A stretch of 62,921 nt of DNA, the filler included, from Dugesia japonica (Eukaryota), in assembly GCA_001938525.1 (NCBI GenBank). It is 6 parts of 6 records of this genome, joined end to end, with 100 filler letters (N's around TTAATTAATTAA, not from the genome) between each part and the next. Parts side by side here need not be neighbours in the genome. Positions count along the whole stretch, not along the records: positions 44,424 to 52,912 come from MQRL01471021.1; positions 53,013 to 62,921 come from MQRL01559976.1; 4 more parts are not named here. One strand, 5' to 3'. The position numbers were made by a program, and so were the translations under genes. The notes beneath the pieces were generated by a model that ran no database searches, was not told the DNA's origin, and was given only the letters and a program-made list of their open reading frames with translations. Below are positions 48,629-61,808 of the stretch, one piece after another (position 1 is the stretch's first letter; each line of letters starts with the position of its first letter).

Positions 48629-50499
48629 TATTATAAATAAGTAATAGTAAATTTTTCAACAAAAACCAGAAAAATTTAACCAAAGTCAAATTTATAATTT
48701 TTACCTAATAAAATTCAAAATTAACAAATACGAAAATAAAATAAAATATGAAAATAACCTAACTACTAAAATTGAAAATATTCAATACACGTTTTTAATT
48801 TTTGATAATTTATTGAACTATTCTGATCTGGTTTGCACTGACACACTAAAAATAAATGCATTACATTATTGTAATAATGTTGGTTTTTCTAAAACTTAAG
48901 CTTATCTTCTAACTTTAATTTAAAACTGCTCCATGCTCAGGTAAAGGTCCGCCTTCGGTTTAAAACTTTCAAAATCTCATAATAGCGCAAAAAACCAAAA
49001 TTAAATTACTGGCCAATAACTTTACTTTTATCTCACATGGTTATAGTGTATCGGCATTCTAACCGAATTTTATGATCATTTACAATTTTTTAAATAATAA
49101 TACAAACACACGCACAATCTACTCTTTAAATAATAACCAATAAAATGTTTATCAAATAAAATGTAATCAAGAATAAAAATTACAATAAGAATGAGTTGGT
49201 CTAAATGATCTCTCATAAGTCGCACACTAACTTCTTAATTTTCAATCCTATAATTAGGTACGTGTTTAAACCCCTCAGAATTTTTAAACTCAAATTGTTA
49301 ACATTTGTCTATAACCTCCACTAAACTAACTAGATACATTATTTAATTATTTCTTTTAAGTTTTGTCGCTCCAATTCCGTTAATGCTTAACCACAAAATT
49401 ATCCACGAGAATAACTTCTGGTTATTTTATAACGATTTATGGGTTTCTTATAATTAATCTCGAATCAAGTCTCTTACTTTTTATTTATTTTACTCTCTTT
49501 ATTTTACTTCGACCATTGTTTGTGTTTATTTGTAGTTTTGTTAAGATACCAATTCTATGTAAATTAAAATGTTCATTATAATAATACTAAAATCTTTTCG
49601 ATATGTTTAGCATTCATTTTGAGCATAAATTATAATTAATTACTACTTTTAATTTTTAGGTGAATTTGTGAAATTATTATTTAATCTAATTTTTTATTAT
49701 TTCATCCTTATTAGTATTATGATTTAGTATTCTACACTTTTTATATTAATTGATCTATAAACATCTTATATGTTCATAGTCATTTTTATTACATAATATT
49801 TCATATATAATTAATATTTTTACTTAATTAACTATTTGTCATAACATAAAATATTTAATTTTAATTCTCAACTACTTTTTTATTGTTTACTCTAAGTAAA
49901 CTAGAAGGAGATTCTTTTGTTTATTATATCAATTGAAGATTGATGATTTTTCTCATTTTCCATTATGTCCCCTTTGAAAGTCAATAATGAGCAAATAAAT
50001 GTGCTTTCCCTGTTAACTTGATATTTTCTGAATAGTATAAATAACTGTTAATTTTTCACTTAAATTAATATTATGCAGATTTTTAAAATTCTACTTCAAC
50101 ATTTTCCATTATTAATACTTTAATATCCATTTGATTATATACATCCATACAATTTCAAGGTTAATACATTCATATTTCTATTATTTCCATTCATTAAACT
50201 ACTTAACCACTGAATAAGTAATGGCGGCGTTCTTTACAATCACTATAATTTTGTTCATTTTATTATTCTTTTATTTTAAAATTCATTGAAAAATTTGTTA
50301 TTATTTTTCCTGATTCCTAGTTATTATTTCACGTTTATTTCTAGCTTCTCCCATCATGAGTAATCAATTTGTATTTAAAGGTTTATTTTGTTAATGTTAT
50401 GAAAATAATAATAAATCAAATAATTTACATTAATTGACTTATTTGAGCATATACGAAGACAAAATACTAGCTGTCATATAATATATGATTTTCATTGAT

Positions 50500-52470
50500 T
50501 TATGATGTCCAGTTGTTTACTATACCAATTGGTTTACTGTATCACATTGTTTTTCTACACCTATTGACGTTACTGTATCCACTTGTTTACTATGTCACAG
50601 TGATTTTCTGTACCCATTTGTTAACTTTATGAAATTGACTTTATCATGTTCACTAGTTTACTATACCCATTAGTTTATTGTAATATATTATCTTTCAGTA
50701 TTTACTGGCTTTCTGTATCTAATGGCATAATACGTCCATCAGCCTCATGTATTCATAGACATATATAATATTAACTCATAACTTTCCACTATTTTATTAT
50801 AGTAATTGGCTGTGTAAATATAACTACCAAACTTGAAAAAACAAATACAACAAAACAAATCTGATAAACACTATACACATATTAAACTTATTAGATTCTA
50901 TGAACTTTAAAGAAACTTAATTGACTCCAGAGAAATTGATAAAATTTATCAAACGTAGGGAAATTTAATAAATCTTAATAAAATTAGTATATTATTTAAT
51001 TGAGAGTTTTTATATTTTAATGAAATTACTAATGAACTTAGTATATATTCTGTGAAAATCTATAAATGTCTTATAAAATCATGTTATCCAAATAAAAATT
51101 AGACATAAAAAAATGTCAAACTAATGTACAATAGGTGACTATAATTTTTACATAGCTTACTAGAATTTACACATAGGTGGTTACAATTTCCGTATAGCAT
51201 ACTATAATTTATACATAGTTGGTTACAAGTTGCATATAGCTTACTTCAATTTTTGCATAAGTAGTTACAATTTATACATATATGTTTATAATTTGTACAT
51301 AGTTGGTTGCAATTTACATATAGGTAGTTATAATTTGTACATAGATAGTGGCAATTTGCACATAGTTGGTTACAATTTGCATATAGTTAACTATAATTTA
51401 TATATAGTTGGCTACAATTAACCCAAAGCTTGTAACAATTTGTACATAATTTACTACAATTTACACATAGGTGGTTACAATTTGTACATGACTTAATGAA
51501 ATTAGTGTATCGATGATTTGACTTGTTTGCATGTTTGATTGATAATTATATATGAATAATTGATTTGATTGTGAACTATGATAAAATACTAATTGTTATG
51601 TAATATGTAGTGTTCACTAATTTATTATGTCAATTAGCTTACCATAACCATTAGCTTTCTGGTCGCATTGACTTATTGTAATATTGATTTACTGTATCAC
51701 ATTAGTTTTATTTAAGTAAATTGGTTTACTATGCCCAGTGGTTAATTGATTAAATTAGTATTTTTCTTGATGAAATTGTTATGACTTAATAAGTAACTAT
51801 GTAAATTGATTTTATTGGATAAAGTTAACGGTTGTTTTTTATACAAATATAACATTTTGAAAATTTGAAAAATTTACATTTATTTCAAAAATGAATTAAA
51901 ACAAGATATATGCAAACTGTTGATACAAAATGACTAAACGATATTCAGGTTTTAAATAATTTATTTTTAAAGTCTCCATTTTATTTTGATATCATGGTTT
52001 TATAGGAGTTTTATAGATTTACACAAAATATATACAAATTCCAGAAGTAATTTCATTAAAATACACAAATCTCTGATTAAAATAGATTAATTTTATTAAG
52101 ATTTATTTAATTTCCCAAAGTTTCACAAGTGTAATCAATTTCTCTAAAGTTCATCGAATATAATAGGTTTAATAAATTCATTGTGTTCAACAAGTGTATT
52201 TTGTTGTATTTGTTTAATCAAGTTTTGCAGTTTCATTTACACATTAGGTCAATGGTTACAGTAAGATAATGTAAAACAATGAGTTAATGAAGACTATAAG
52301 TCAATGTATACATAAAGCTGATGGACGTATGATGGCAATGGATACAGAAAGCCAATGTGACACAGTAAAGTAAATAGATGAAAAATTCAAATGGATACGG
52401 AAAATCAATGTGATAAAACTAAAACGTGGACATAGTAAAATCAATGAATGCTGAAAACCAATGTGATACA
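50500..52470. repeat. Foldback-like structure: diverged ~500-600-bp inverted arms around an ~850-bp spacer
   Basis: ~50500-51115 is the reverse complement of ~51962-52470 (e.g. tggctttctgtatc...atacgtccatcagc vs gctgatggacgtat...gatacagaaagcca). The outer arms are ~20-bp tandem units. Confidence 0.75.
51128..51490 (+). repeat. 21-bp minisatellite (~17 units, consensus ~ACATAGKTGGTTACAATTTRY)
   Basis: Direct reading; it explains the repetitive ORF 51230-51421. Confidence 0.9.
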
Positions 52471-52912
52471 TTAAAATTTGGGTTCCCAAAGATTTTCTTA
52501 TGCGGGCCAATTNNNNNNNNNNNNNNNNNNNNNNNNNNNNNNNNNNNNNNNNNNNNNNNNNNNNNNNNNNNNNNNNNNNNNNNNNNNNNNNNNNNNNNNN
52601 NNNNNNNNNNNNNNNNNNNNNNNNNNNNNNNNNNNNNNNNNNNNNNNNNNNNNNNNNNNNNNNNNNNNNNNNNNNNNNNNNNNNNNNNNNNNTTATTATA
52701 TAATAATATAAATCTTTAACTGTAACAACAGTTATTATAAAATCACACAATTTATTAAAACGAAAGTAAAATTGCTCTTATTGTAAATACAAAATTATAA
52801 CTATAGCAACAAGTATTACAAACTAATAATCTATTATTTATTAACAAAACAAAATGTAATTGGAACTAAATTTTTAATTATAAATATAAATTTTTAATCA
52901 TTGCTACAATAA

Positions 52913-53012
52913 NNNNNNNNNNNNNNNNNNNNNNNNNNNNNNNNNNNNNNNNNNNNTTAATTAATTAANNNNNNNNNNNNNNNNNNNNNNNNNNNNNNNN
53001 NNNNNNNNNNNN
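52913..53012. other. Artificial contig linker
   Basis: N44-TTAATTAATTAA-N44. Confidence 0.97.
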
Positions 53013-53926
53013 TCAGAAACCAAGCATTTTTCGCTAGTAGTACTTTAGGTAATGTATAGGCAGTTTTTAATTTCCGGAAGATAACAATTAATTTCAAGTC
53101 GAAAAAATAAAAATTGCGGCTTGTACGATTATTTTGTCGTTTATTTTCTTTGTTCTTTGTTACCATCCCACCCAACAAACTTTTAAACGCTATATTCGTG
53201 TACGCTATCACATTGCGCGTCCAATCATATAACTTTTTCTACCATTCAAATTTAAATTCGCGCACAAAATAAAAATTTTANNNNNNNNNNNNNNNNNNNN
53301 NNNNNNNNNNNNNNNNNNNNNNNNNNNNNNNNNNNNNNNNNNNNNNNNNNNNNNNNNNNNNNNNNNNNNNNNNNNNNNNNNNNNNNNNNNNNNNNNNNNN
53401 NNNNNNNNNNNNNNNNNNNNNNNNNNNNNNNNNNNNNNNNNNNNNNNNNNNNNNNNNNNNNNNNNNNNNNNNNATCTGCGCGGGAAATTTAAATATGAAG
53501 TCTGCCTTGACGATAGTTGCTATGGATATTACCTTGACCTACATTCATTCGACCTTGAAAAATTTCACCAATTAGAATATAGTATACTGTAACCAATCAG
53601 AATCGAGTATAAAAAGCCACTTTGACCTTGAAAATTCAACCTTGAAATGTTTCAGCCAATCATAATCGACTATAATGAGCCACTTTGACCTTGAAAATTC
53701 AACCTAGAAATAGATCAGCCAATCAGAATCGAGAAAAAATGAGCCACTTTGACCTTGGAAAATTTTTAATCAATCAGAATTGAGTATAATGAGCCACTTT
53801 GACCTTGAAAAACAACCTTGAAATGGATCAGCCAATTAGAATCGAGAAAAAATGAGCCACTTTGACCTTGAAAATTTTGACCTTGAGGGGGGGAGGGGTG
53901 GCTATGTGCGCTACTATCTATCTACT
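53013..53926. mobile_element. Polinton-type terminal inverted repeat (one end), inserted into a gypsy integrase
   Basis: Ends ...gggaggggtggctatgtgcgctactatctatctact exactly where the gypsy ORF breaks (KNTKQ|VDR*); contains a subterminal tandem array. Confidence 0.7.
53592..53886 (+). repeat. Five ~63-bp tandem units (CCAATCAGAATCGAG...GCCACTTTGACCTTG)
   Basis: gccactttgaccttg starts at 53616, 53679, 53743, 53793 and 53856. Confidence 0.93.
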
Positions 53927-55085
53927 TGTTTAGTATTTTTATCATATTGATCATTATAGTTTTCCTGTTGATGTTTGATATTCAAACTTTCTCTATTCCA
54001 TGGTTCCCGCATTTGTTCGATTAACACTGTTTTATAGTCAGGTGTATCCATGTAGTGAGATGTAACTGGTGGTAAATACAAAATCACAGGCATATTATTC
54101 TGGCGCAAATACATTAGATAAAATGGTGTTTCCCCCGTACTTACATGTACGCAATTTCGATAGGCATAAAGACAAGGAATAATAAATACATCCCAATCTT
54201 TTTGTTGACGATTTGTATTAGAAGCTAACATATTGATTAAGGTTCCGTTAAATTTTTCAATTAATCCATCTGTTTGGGGATGATAAGGTGACGTTGTTAA
54301 TTTTAAAATATCGAATAATTCTGATAGCTTTAAGTAAATCACTCATGAAATTAGTTCCTCTATCAGTTAATAATTTTCGTGGTGTTCCATAGCGAAATAC
54401 AATGTTTTCAACAAAAACTTGTGCTTCCGATTCTGCCTTTTTATCTGGTAGGGCGAAAGACTCAGGCCATTTAGTAATGTAGTCGCAAAATACTAAAATA
54501 TATTTATTTTCNTTTGTTGTTTCTGGTAATGGACCTATGATGTCCATTGCTGTCATTTCCATAGGTGCTAATGGTACTGACATAGGTTTTGAAGGTACTT
54601 TAATTTTTGTTCAAGTATTTTTCCTGGTTAAGAAGGTTTCGCATGTCTTACACCACTCTTATATCTTGTCCCATCGTTCTCCAATAATATTTCATTTTAA
54701 TTCTAGACATAATCTTGCGATATGACAGATGACCTCCTAAGGTACCGTCATGATACTGTAACATGATTGCATCTTTAAATGTTCCGGTAATACTGTGACG
54801 ATATTTGTACCACAGATAAATTTTANNNNNNNNNNNNNNNNNNNNNNNNNNNNNNNNNNNNNNNNNNNNNNNNNNNNNNNNNNNNNNNNNNNNNNNNNNA
54901 ACTGTGGCTTTTTTAAATAATTTCTTTAACTCGTTATCACCTTGTTGTCTTTTAAACTCATTTACATCTTTGGATTGCCTGATTACCGCTAACACTGCAT
55001 TTTATTGTTCAATTTTATATTCAGATAATGCATCTGCAATTTGCATTTGCTTTGCCTTTTCTATAGCAAATTTCAATATCAAACC
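53927..55085 (-). mobile_element. pol: Gypsy remnant (RNase H end and integrase)
   Basis: YRKGKANA..ADALS, HDGTLGGHL...YYWRTM, AMDIIGPLP...DYITKWPE, LLTDRGTNF, TSPYHPQTDGLIEKFN. Confidence 0.93.
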
Positions 55086-55539
55086 TTTTTTTTAAATATA
55101 ATTTTGCTATCAATTTGACGACGACAGAACATGGAATTACACTGCACAACTAAAAGTATCAGGATTGCTGTCATATCATAAAAATAAATGAAATCCTCAT
55201 TCTGAAATTATAGATTAACACAAAAAGTTCATTTCATTGCTAAAAACCATTTATTAACAGCCAAAACTATAATGGTACATAAAAACAAACGTAGCAACAA
55301 TATTTACTTACTAAGTTTAATATTTGATTTCTGCAACGGGATGTTTTTACGAAAATTCCGATGGTGCCGATAGAATCAGGTAAGTAATAGTTGGTTAGGA
55401 TTTGAATTGATATCCACCTTTGTTATATCGAAACAAATAGATGCTGGATAATCCTTTCTCTTCTGTTTTCGTAGAAATAATAAGTTAATGGTGTTTTAAT
55501 GTCTCAAATAGACCTCAATGAATATATATTTTTTGAAAA

Positions 55540-55800
55540 TCGGGGGGTTTATATACCTTTTCAGCGTGCACCACCGCTTCTGTCTGATTGGTGCCTATTT
55601 TTAATTTCGATTTTTAGACTTTTCATTGGTATCATTCTGCATTTTCTGATTTTTTCTATGATTTCTACTTATTCCATTGGCACCTATTTTTAGGGCACCT
55701 TGTGAATTCGTTCTTTATTCTTATAACTTTTCTTGTCGTGCCATTGGCCTAATCTTCAAAGCCTTTTACTAGTCTTTTTATAGTGCAAACATCTTTTCCA
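55540..55800 (-). promoter_or_regulatory. Multi-CCAAT + TATA module, copy 2
   Basis: Four ATTGG (~55588, 55626, 55676, 55743) and ggggggtttata (TATAAACCCCCC on the - strand). Confidence 0.65.
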
Positions 55801-57379
55801 CCACAAAATCCAGTTCATCTTTTTCAGAACTTCCCAGTTTTTCTTATCCTGACGATTTTGGATAATCCGATCAAATGTTATTCGTCTTTTTCCATTTTTT
55901 GATTAATTATTTCTCCTTTTCAGTAATAATTAATTAGTTTTCATTTCGTTGTTTTTTAAATATAATTAATAATAATTCTTCTTAATTCCGATTATAAATT
56001 AAGACAATCAATTGAAGATAATCAATAATTAGAAAGCTAAGGTAAAATAGTGCTCAGAAAATAAATCAAATTGTTTAAGGAATCGAAAAGGAGGATGTAA
56101 ATAAGATAAGGAATATATATCATTATCTATAATTTATATAAATGTGCTAAAAGTATTCATATAATAAAATAAATATTTATTTATGAGAAAAGGAAAGATT
56201 AAAACAAATTATTATATTAAAATATTTTGATATTTTAAAGAGAAATGATAGGTAAAGAAAAGCAAAATGAATCATCATCATTATAAATAATAAATATTAG
56301 ATTATTCTTCAGATATAAGTAATAGAATTGTAATATTATAATTTTATAAAAATTTGAAATTACTATTATTATTGATAATATAATTAAAATTATTATTTAA
56401 TAAATATTATTATTTATAATGAACAAAAAGTAATTATAACAGGTATTTTCATTCAATATGATCAATATTATTCCTAAATCATTTATTATTTATTTTCCGT
56501 ATTTTTCTTCATTTCCCATTATCATTCATCTTACCGATTATCCGATTATCATTTACTTTATCAGAATTACTGTTCCAGTCTTTTATTATTTCTTTTNNNN
56601 NNNNNNNNNNNNNNNNNNNNNNNNNNNNNNNNNNNNNNNNNNNNNNNNNNNNNNNNNNATGACAAATATATCTTTCATTTTTCACTTTTGTTTAATTTAA
56701 TTCAGTTTTATTTTCATATTCTCTTAGTTTTTATTATTTAGTTCTAATCACATAATTAAAATTAACTTTTCCCTACTTTTCTTTAAATCATTAGTCCCAT
56801 CATTTTATACTCTTTTTCAGCTGTTCCAGCCCAACATTAATATTGTGTGGTTTAGTTTTAACTTGAATTATATAAATTGATAATAATAACTAAAAACAAA
56901 TTCCAATTAAAAACATTTATTAATAAAACAATTCTACATAATATGATGACTTTATTTCATCAATATCAAAGCCAGTGTTGGGGTAAAACACTCGGTTAAT
57001 AAAGAAAAGTGAGAGCCAAGGGCCCAAATTATAAAATAATGTAGAAATGGCTTGAAAAGAAAATTGATTAGGAATACGGATCAATCTATACTAGGAAAAT
57101 GAAAATCAGAAAGAAAGTTAAACGGCAGAAAGAAAACATCAGACGAATAAATTCGACCTTGATCAATTACAATAATTAAAGAAAATTAGAATTTATTAAG
57201 GAAAAACAAGAAAATTATTATTGGAAAAATAATTAATTAACAAGAAAATATTAATTATTTTTAGGCAAAAAAGAATTAAAATTGGGCAAAAAATCAGTTT
57301 TGGTCGAATATCTCCACTCAGAATAGTCACAGAAAATAATAAGAAAAATTGGAAGAAGAAAGCTACTGTGCAATTAAAT

Positions 57380-57650
57380 CTCACCATCGGAAAATTCTCT
57401 CACCATCAGGAGGACCTCTACAAGGGTTTGAAGAATGGGTTAATAAGGAATCAGAAAAGAAAAATTAAACAAAGACAGAAAAATCGCAAGGTGCTCCGTA
57501 AATAGGCACCAATGATAGATGAAAAATGCTAAGAAAAAATCTGAAGATTGGCACCAGTACCAATGAAAAACAAGAAATTCAAAATAAAAATAGAGGGCCA
57601 ATGGCAATTGTGCCGAGTTGTATCAGAAATGGTATAAACCCCCCAAAANT
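57380..57650 (+). promoter_or_regulatory. Multi-CCAAT + TATA module, copy 3
   Basis: CCAAT at 57509, 57560 and 57598; TATAAACCCCCC at 57633. Confidence 0.65.
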
Positions 57651-58650
57651 TTAGACGTAATTACCCTCAAATTGTAAGAATTGTTAGTTATTACAACAGC
57701 GTAATATTTATTTTCTTGAAAACTTTGTGAGAAAACTCTCGATAATTCACTATCACGATACAAGGCGTAAGGCAGAAATCTCTATCAATTGTTTTCATTT
57801 TGAACTTACTCTGTAATTGTAGAAGAAAATACCTTGTTGGTAAAACAGAAAAACTAATTGAAAAGCAGAAATCTCCAGTGAAATTTAGTTGGAATCGATT
57901 CGTATTTTGTTGAAGCCTGTAGCAGAAAGAATTAAAGAAAAGTGAGTACCAGTTTATTTCTGATTATGTTATGTAATTATTGTATCAATTAATAAAATTT
58001 GTGCAATATAAAATTATCTATTATATTTTATTTACAGGAAATTAGTGCTGTAATTTCAGTGAATCGATACCCAGTTAATTTTCTCAACTTTACCGATGAT
58101 TTTTTATCATGAATCAGCCCATAATAATTGACATGCCTTTATGCTCAGAAACCATTCACCGTTCTTATAAGAAAATACCCTCTTTAATCAATGCTGAAAT
58201 ACAACTATAGCAAAACCATATTTTTAAGCAGTGACNNNNNNNNNNNNNNNNNNNNNNNNNNNNNNNNNNNNNNNNNNNNNNNNNNNNNNNGGGTTGCTAG
58301 GCTTTTGATGTTATTTTAATCTTTTTATATTGTGATCTTTTATTTTTATCTCATCATCATAATCGAACTTCTCTCAAATATCTATTCTGTCTGGGGGATG
58401 ACACCTAGCAATCACAGAAATTTGTGTAACTCCTTCTGGTAACACCATTCCCCTTTATCCCGGATCCAGCGGGAATCCGCTGTATCCCGTCTTGATGATT
58501 CAATTTTCCTTTGGCTAGTAATTTTAAAATTTAAAACATCTTATTCAAGATTGTGTAAAGGTAAACTCAAAACTCAATTTTCTGTGTACAACTCATTATT
58601 TTACTCAAAGTTTATCATTCGTCAAGCTCAATAATATCCTTTGGCTTCTC

Positions 58651-59494
58651 TTAGGTTCTATCGGACACTGTTGTTGATGCTTGCGTTAATATGCGCACTG
58701 TGGCAATCATTACGCTCTCCTGATCCGCATAGGCTTTGATGATGTCGGTCATTGCTCGACATGTTTGCGATAGTGCGAGATCTCGCTCCTGAAGTTTGAC
58801 ATTCTTTGCTCGCATCGTGGAATTCTTTTGCTGCAATTCTGTGTTCTCACTTGGCATCCTCCATTGTAGGTTCACCCATTTCTTGCGGAAATCNNNNNNN
58901 NNNNNNNNNNNNNNNNNNNNNNNNNNNNTCACTAAAATATTAAAATATAAGAATCTGTAAATTTTATTGTCTTTATCATATTATAATACTCGATTCATAG
59001 TTTAATCATTCCATTTTATCAACATTACTAAACTCAATTTATCAATTTATATTATCTATGGTTAATTTCATCAATTTGCCGAAACAACACTCATTATTTT
59101 GAAAGGTCACATTTTTGAGAATAATTTATATTGACGTTTAACACAATTGTTAGACAGTAGTCATATAGGCATCGAATGTATCGTCTAATGGGATTATTAT
59201 TTGTTGTAAACAAGCTTCGATCTTCTTCATTAAGTGTCCGGACAATTTTACGTAGTCATCCGCCTCGGTTTTTACCCCCTGTATAGAATGAAGTAAATGT
59301 TGCCTTGCTCCTGTGAGTTCCTTTGTGCGAATTAGAAGTGATACGAACTCCTTCTCTCGCTGTTCTTGTCCGATGATCACCGCTGCAATTCGCTGCTCCT
59401 GTTGATCGACACGAACCAGCTGATCGGCTTGATGTTCCTCTCGTCGGAGTATGACTACCTGTAATCGTTCTATCTCCTCATTCTTGGCACGCAT
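58651..59494 (-). pseudogene. Two orphan coiled-coil ORFs (59150-59494, 58651-58932)
   Basis: GC-richer coding-like islands with E/Q/R heptad character; both contain MRAKN. Confidence 0.45.
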
Positions 59495-59879
59495 TTGTGC
59501 CTGCGTGATCTACTAATGATCCACGTCAGTCCTATATTCTCCGATCGAATACCATAGGTCTGGCATGGAATTCGCCTCATTTTTCTGGATATAACATCCT
59601 TCCGGCTCTAGAGATTTTGCTAGCTGTTGCCTTGGTGATGGGTTGTAGGCGAATACTTAAAATGTTTTGAAAATCGCTGAATCGAGCGGTGCTCACTCTC
59701 CGATTCTTCTACGCTATCTAAATTTGTAGGTGCTTTTATTTTCATCTAGCTCTCATATTTTCATTAAGAAATTTTATTTTCATATGAATCCCGGTGCTCA
59801 GGCGGCATCATAGATTGATTAATTGACTAATTTATTTGTGATTGTTTTATTTCTTAACTATGATATTCATCTTTTTACA

Positions 59880-61350
59880 GTGGAATATAAATGGGAGGTC
59901 TTGTTCGATTAAAGAACCGTTCGAACAGTGTTTAAAAAGTATAAGAACCCTCATAGTCGAGATGCGGGGTGTTTGTTGACTATTCTAACTTGCCGGCTGA
60001 GAAAGTCGAGGAAGAAAGACAATGGGAAGACCGAACACGGAAAGTTTACCATACTTCTACAGCTTTCCCACCGATTAACAACGAGGAAATTCGAACCACT
60101 AGCAAATGGCGTGACGGCCTCTCTTTTATACCAATTTCTGTTGCTCACCTGCCTTCCCCAGGCTTGAGAGGATACATAAATATTACTCTATGGAATCTGA
60201 GAAACAAAGTAAATGTTGGTACTTCTGAAAATGCGGTTTCGGTTGATTATAATGAGTCTTAATTGCTACGGATTTTCTTTTTAATAATTGATTGTTTCAT
60301 GGTAGTAATAAATTACACATTTGTTTCAGTAATTACTCATTTAACTCGTTATTTCTCAGTGGTTGAGCCTAGTTTAATGGTTGTTAGTTTTATATTTATG
60401 TTGAGTGTTTGCTACTAGTCTGGTGAAATTCTTCGGAGTTTTTAATCGCTTTTATTACTAATTGTAAACCACCTTAACGTTTCTTTTTCTAGTGCATTCT
60501 TCGTTAAATCGTTCCATTGCACCAACTAAAAAGGTGCGCAAAACTAGTGAAGACCAGAAAATGACCTGAGATTTATACCGTCCGGCCAAGCGTCGATGGG
60601 AGGCCGATACTGCGTCTGCAGAAGGTAAGGTGAAGAGATATAAGAACAAATGCGTAGCCTTTAGAAAGAAAGCCAAGGCTTCTCACACGCAAGAGAGACT
60701 ATGGAAAACACAACTCAAATCTTTTGCTGAAGTTATCCGGTCCCTCCATGACTGAGAAAATATACTGGTAAACGATATCCTACTCCTCAGAAAGGCCATG
60801 CCACTCGAGTTATTAATGGTCGACAAGGACACGCAAACATCCCGACCGTGATCTCGTAGTTTCTTTTAAATATTTTAAATAAAAGCATTCTTGATTTATA
60901 GTGACGTGTTTTGTTCCTTTATGTATATTTGAAGAAATTTTCTTTTAATAAAGTTAACAGTAATCGGACTGTCTTCTAAATCTAATTTGTTTTTAGTGCC
61001 ACGAATTCGTCTCCCCACCAGTCTTCGTAGGTGTCACCATCTCATTCAAAAGTTGTTAATAGATCGCCATATTAAGAGGCAGAATGAGAGGCTTTCCTAA
61101 GACACCTGACCCAGCGAAACAGATTAATTAAAAAACTGGATGTTATATTGAAAGAACAAGGCGAGTTAACCGAACAGTCAAAGCAAATATTACAACATAA
61201 AATTGACTTCTTGCAACGCTACATAGCAGACCTACCTAGACAACTAGGAAATGAAGCGTGTATCCGTTGGAACGACAGCGAAGCCGTCTTCAACCATTTG
61301 GTAGACTAGCCTACCCAGTGGTTAGAACAGGGGGCTCTTGATTTGATGTA
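59880..61350 (+). pseudogene. Cluster of three decayed orphan ORF islands
   Basis: Coding-like GC islands at ~59880-60210 (AG/GT-bounded), ~60500-60860 and ~61080-61350, separated by AT-rich spacers. Confidence 0.35.
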
Positions 61351-61424
61351 GAATGTCATCAAAAAAATCTTAGTTTTTAACAATTTATTAATTGATTTTG
61401 GTTAATTTTAAATAAGGGAAAATG

Positions 61425-61595
61425 TTGAACCTAAACCAAAGGTATACGTGTGTGCACCTCAAATAAGTGGTGGAGGTCAACCGCTCTATACCGAGAATCT
61501 AAATAGAGACATTAGATTAAATTCTTCAACGGATCCCCTGATGGCTGCTTTTTCCCACAGCCATATTCTACCACAAATTCAGGTGGGACCCCACC
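61425..61595 (+). repeat. Dispersed structured motif, copy 3
   Basis: Most diverged copy; its stems are kept by compensatory changes. Confidence 0.8.
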
Positions 61596-61808
61596 ACCAG
61601 TAAACTCTTTGAGTTTTGTTAAGTAGACTTCAGGTGCCCAGTATCATGTTTCCTGTTGAAGTTTCAGATAAATAATATTCAGTATTCGAATTATTTGTTC
61701 TTAAACATAGATGAATACATATAATTTAATTAATCAAAATAAAACGTTATATTGGAATCATACCATTGTTGGTTGCAATTTCTTACTTTTGTTTAATAAT
61801 TTTTTTTG

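Noticed and set aside
51230-51421. YNLHI-repeat ORF
   Set aside because: Translation of the 21-bp minisatellite; no independent coding evidence.
53592-53886. CRISPR-like regularly spaced repeats
   Set aside because: The intervening sequences are themselves repeated, there are no cas genes, and the context is eukaryotic; it is a tandem array.
53887-53898. G-run as polypurine tract of the adjacent gypsy
   Set aside because: It is on the wrong strand for the minus-strand gypsy and lies within the TIR-like segment.
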